DNA of 63,061 nt, counting the filler, from Pelomyxa schiedti (Eukaryota; Protista; Evosea): the NCBI GenBank assembly GCA_020536535.1. It is 18 parts of 18 records of this genome, joined end to end, with 100 filler letters (N's around TTAATTAATTAA, not from the genome) between each part and the next. Parts side by side here need not be neighbours in the genome. Positions count along the whole stretch, not along the records: positions 59,083 to 63,061 come from JAHLWZ010000182.1; 17 more parts are not named here. One strand, given 5' to 3'. This document shows positions 60,987-63,061 of this stretch, piece by piece. The notes below the pieces were generated by a model. The model was given only the letters and a program-made list of their open reading frames with translations. It was not told the DNA's origin and did no database searches. Made by a program: the position numbers and the translations under genes. Position 1 is the stretch's first letter; each line of letters starts with the position of its first letter.

Positions 60987-62904
60987 ATGAAGTGTCAACT
61001 CCTCTCACTGGCCCTTCTCTTTGTGGCCGTTTCATGTGCAGACATGCCCGACTGCACATACGACGACTACATGTCCTGGAACATCGTGAACAACAACCGA
61101 TACATGACCGTCTACCCCCACGACAGCCTCATCACCGTCACCGTTGGGGAATACGGGCTGGACTCGCTCGAGTTCACCGAGGCCTTCGACAACACGATGT
61201 GCAACTATTGGTCATCCAACCACAACGGGTGGACTCTGACAACGAGTGGCACAAATGGATGCGTCAGGACAGTCACCAAGGACTTCGACGCGGATGACTA
61301 CAACACGCATTGTGCCAGCTCATCCGACACCATGAGTGGTTACCAGATCACCACCGTTGTGCAAGAGGACACCGAAGAACTGTACACTGGGACCAGCCTC
61401 GACGGGACAATCGAAACAGTCGTGGTCAATGGCGTCTTCAATGATGTGTGTCTTGTGTCTCTTGCCTCCCAGTATAATCAACTACCATTTAACTCTGTTG
61501 TATCCAGGTGATGCTGCTTCCCACCAGTGCGAGCTATGAGATTACCATTGAGACTTATGATCCCGGAAAATACTCGGCATTGGTCAGTGGCTACTGCGGT
61601 GTCATGTACGACACGGACTACTGCGACATCAAGGTTCAGACCTACGCTCCCTATTACGTCTACAGCATCAATCCTGTGCCGGTGTCTTTCCCCACGACCT
61701 ACGTTGATGACGCTGTTGTTCTCACGAGGGAGGTCGACCCCGTTCTTCACGAAATTTCCACGGTCACTGGTACTGTGACCATGTATCCAAAAGCCGACTG
61801 CAAGGTGTACGGCAATGTCACGATTCGGTTCCTTGTCGATTGCCTTGACGAGGATTCCACTTGCGACGCAGGAACTCTCGCTGATTTCCCCTACTTCGAT
61901 GCAACATTCACCATTGGCATTCCCGACTGCTCTGTGACAACGCACGAAGCTGAAGCCTTCCTCACAATGAGAACTTACAACAAGGATGGTCAAGTCGACG
62001 CAACCTTCAAGACAGGAACAAGTATGTGTTGCCCCCTTTGCTCTCTCTCTCTTTTTAAAACCCAAACCTATTTTTGTCACTCAAATAACAAACAACCAAC
62101 CAATGAAAAGCAATCACGATTGAGGAGATCATCACCACCACTGGTGGGACCCCTGGTGAAGACTGCGATTGCGTCACCGACATGTTCATCTATGACTGGT
62201 CTGGAAACCTGTTGGGTTCGTACATTGACATGGAGAGCCTCGCCATTTTCGACACGGAATCACTCGTTGTGACCCCTCTGGAGAACGAGTTCAGGTGATT
62301 TCCTTCTTCCTCCTTTTTTTTTTCCCAATTCGTTTTTCTCACTGCCACGAAACAGTGCGTACCTTGATCCCAGCATCTTCCCAGACCCCAACGGGGAGGT
62401 TGTCCAGCTCGCGGCCACATGCACAATCAACTGGGGATTCAAGAAGGAAACTGNNNNNNNNNNNNNNNNNNNNNNNNNNNNNNNNNNNNNNNNNNNNNNN
62501 NNNNNNNNNNNNNNNNNNNNNNNNNNNNNNNNNNNNNNNNNNNNNNNNNNNNNAACAGTGCGTACCTTGATCCCAGCATCTTCCCAGACCCCAACGGGGA
62601 GGTTGTCCAGCTCGCGGCCACATGCACAATCAACTGGGGATTCAAGAAGGAAACTGTTTCCTTTGGGCGGAAGTTCAAGATTCTTCGCGATGCACCTGGT
62701 TCAGCTGAAGGAACTGCCGAACTTACTGTTGGAGTTGACACCAATTCTGATGATGACAACGACAACACAACCTGGATCATCCTGGGAGTTATTGGTGGCG
62801 TCGCTGTGGCAGGAGTGGCTGGTGGATTCATTGCATACTTTGCTGTAAAGAAAATCAGGAACCCATCTGGTACCCCACAGGAAAAACAACATCTCGACTA
62901 CTAA
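60987..62904 (+). CDS. Novel Cys/Thr/Asp-rich type-I surface protein (spliced; spans a 100-N gap)
   Basis: Signal peptide MKCQLLSLALLFVAVSCA, beta-rich ectodomain, TM WIILGVIGGVAVAGVAGGFIAYFAV, short tail ending QHLDY. Confidence 0.85.
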
Positions 62905-63061
62905 CGCACTCTGGCTTTTTAAGATAAATAAAAAACTTGTTATTGGAACAAAGTCTAGTTTTTGGGGTACGACTTCGGTGGAGACCCAATAAATCGAGTT
63001 TTCCCCTGATAACTCGAGTTATTTCTGCATGAATTCGTTTTCCACATCGAGTTTACCCCTG

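Noticed and set aside
62351-62656. Exon duplication around a 100-N gap
   Set aside because: Same overlap artefact; the sequences are identical.

Overview
This is eukaryotic, intron-rich DNA rather than prokaryotic DNA. It consists of 18 unrelated contigs or scaffolds joined by an artificial N-TTAATTAATTAA-N linker, and it also has three 100-N scaffold gaps. Genes are densely packed and carry very short (about 40-55 nt) GT-AG introns with CTAAY-like branch points, so the supplied ORF track fragments most of them. Gene content and style suggest a free-living amoebozoan or archamoeba, possibly Pelomyxa-like (inference). Recognisable genes are a PH-domain protein end, a TMEM185-like membrane protein, a MORC GHKL ATPase with a CW finger, a macrodomain-like protein with a novel repeat, an SBDS-like protein, a PfkB kinase, a giant type-I surface protein, a triple-C2 copine-like protein, a NAA50-like GNAT, a GH3 beta-xylosidase end, a degenerate Roco protein, a Sel1-repeat protein, cofilin, a VWA plus IFI44-like GTPase, a Hint (Vint-type) protein, POP4 and a duplicated surface-protein gene. 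The 3' end of a chromodomain LTR retrotransposon is also present, with its PPT, a 257-bp LTR and a PBS-like site. The most striking signal is an expanded lineage-specific family with about 10 copies or fragments. Most carry an 'AR.Q..A....(H).RCG..S....L...L...W' module, usually fused to beta-propeller-like regions and once to a Hint domain, and the family shows birth-and-death evolution and segment shuffling. Coordinates of spliced genes are outer spans deduced by eye.
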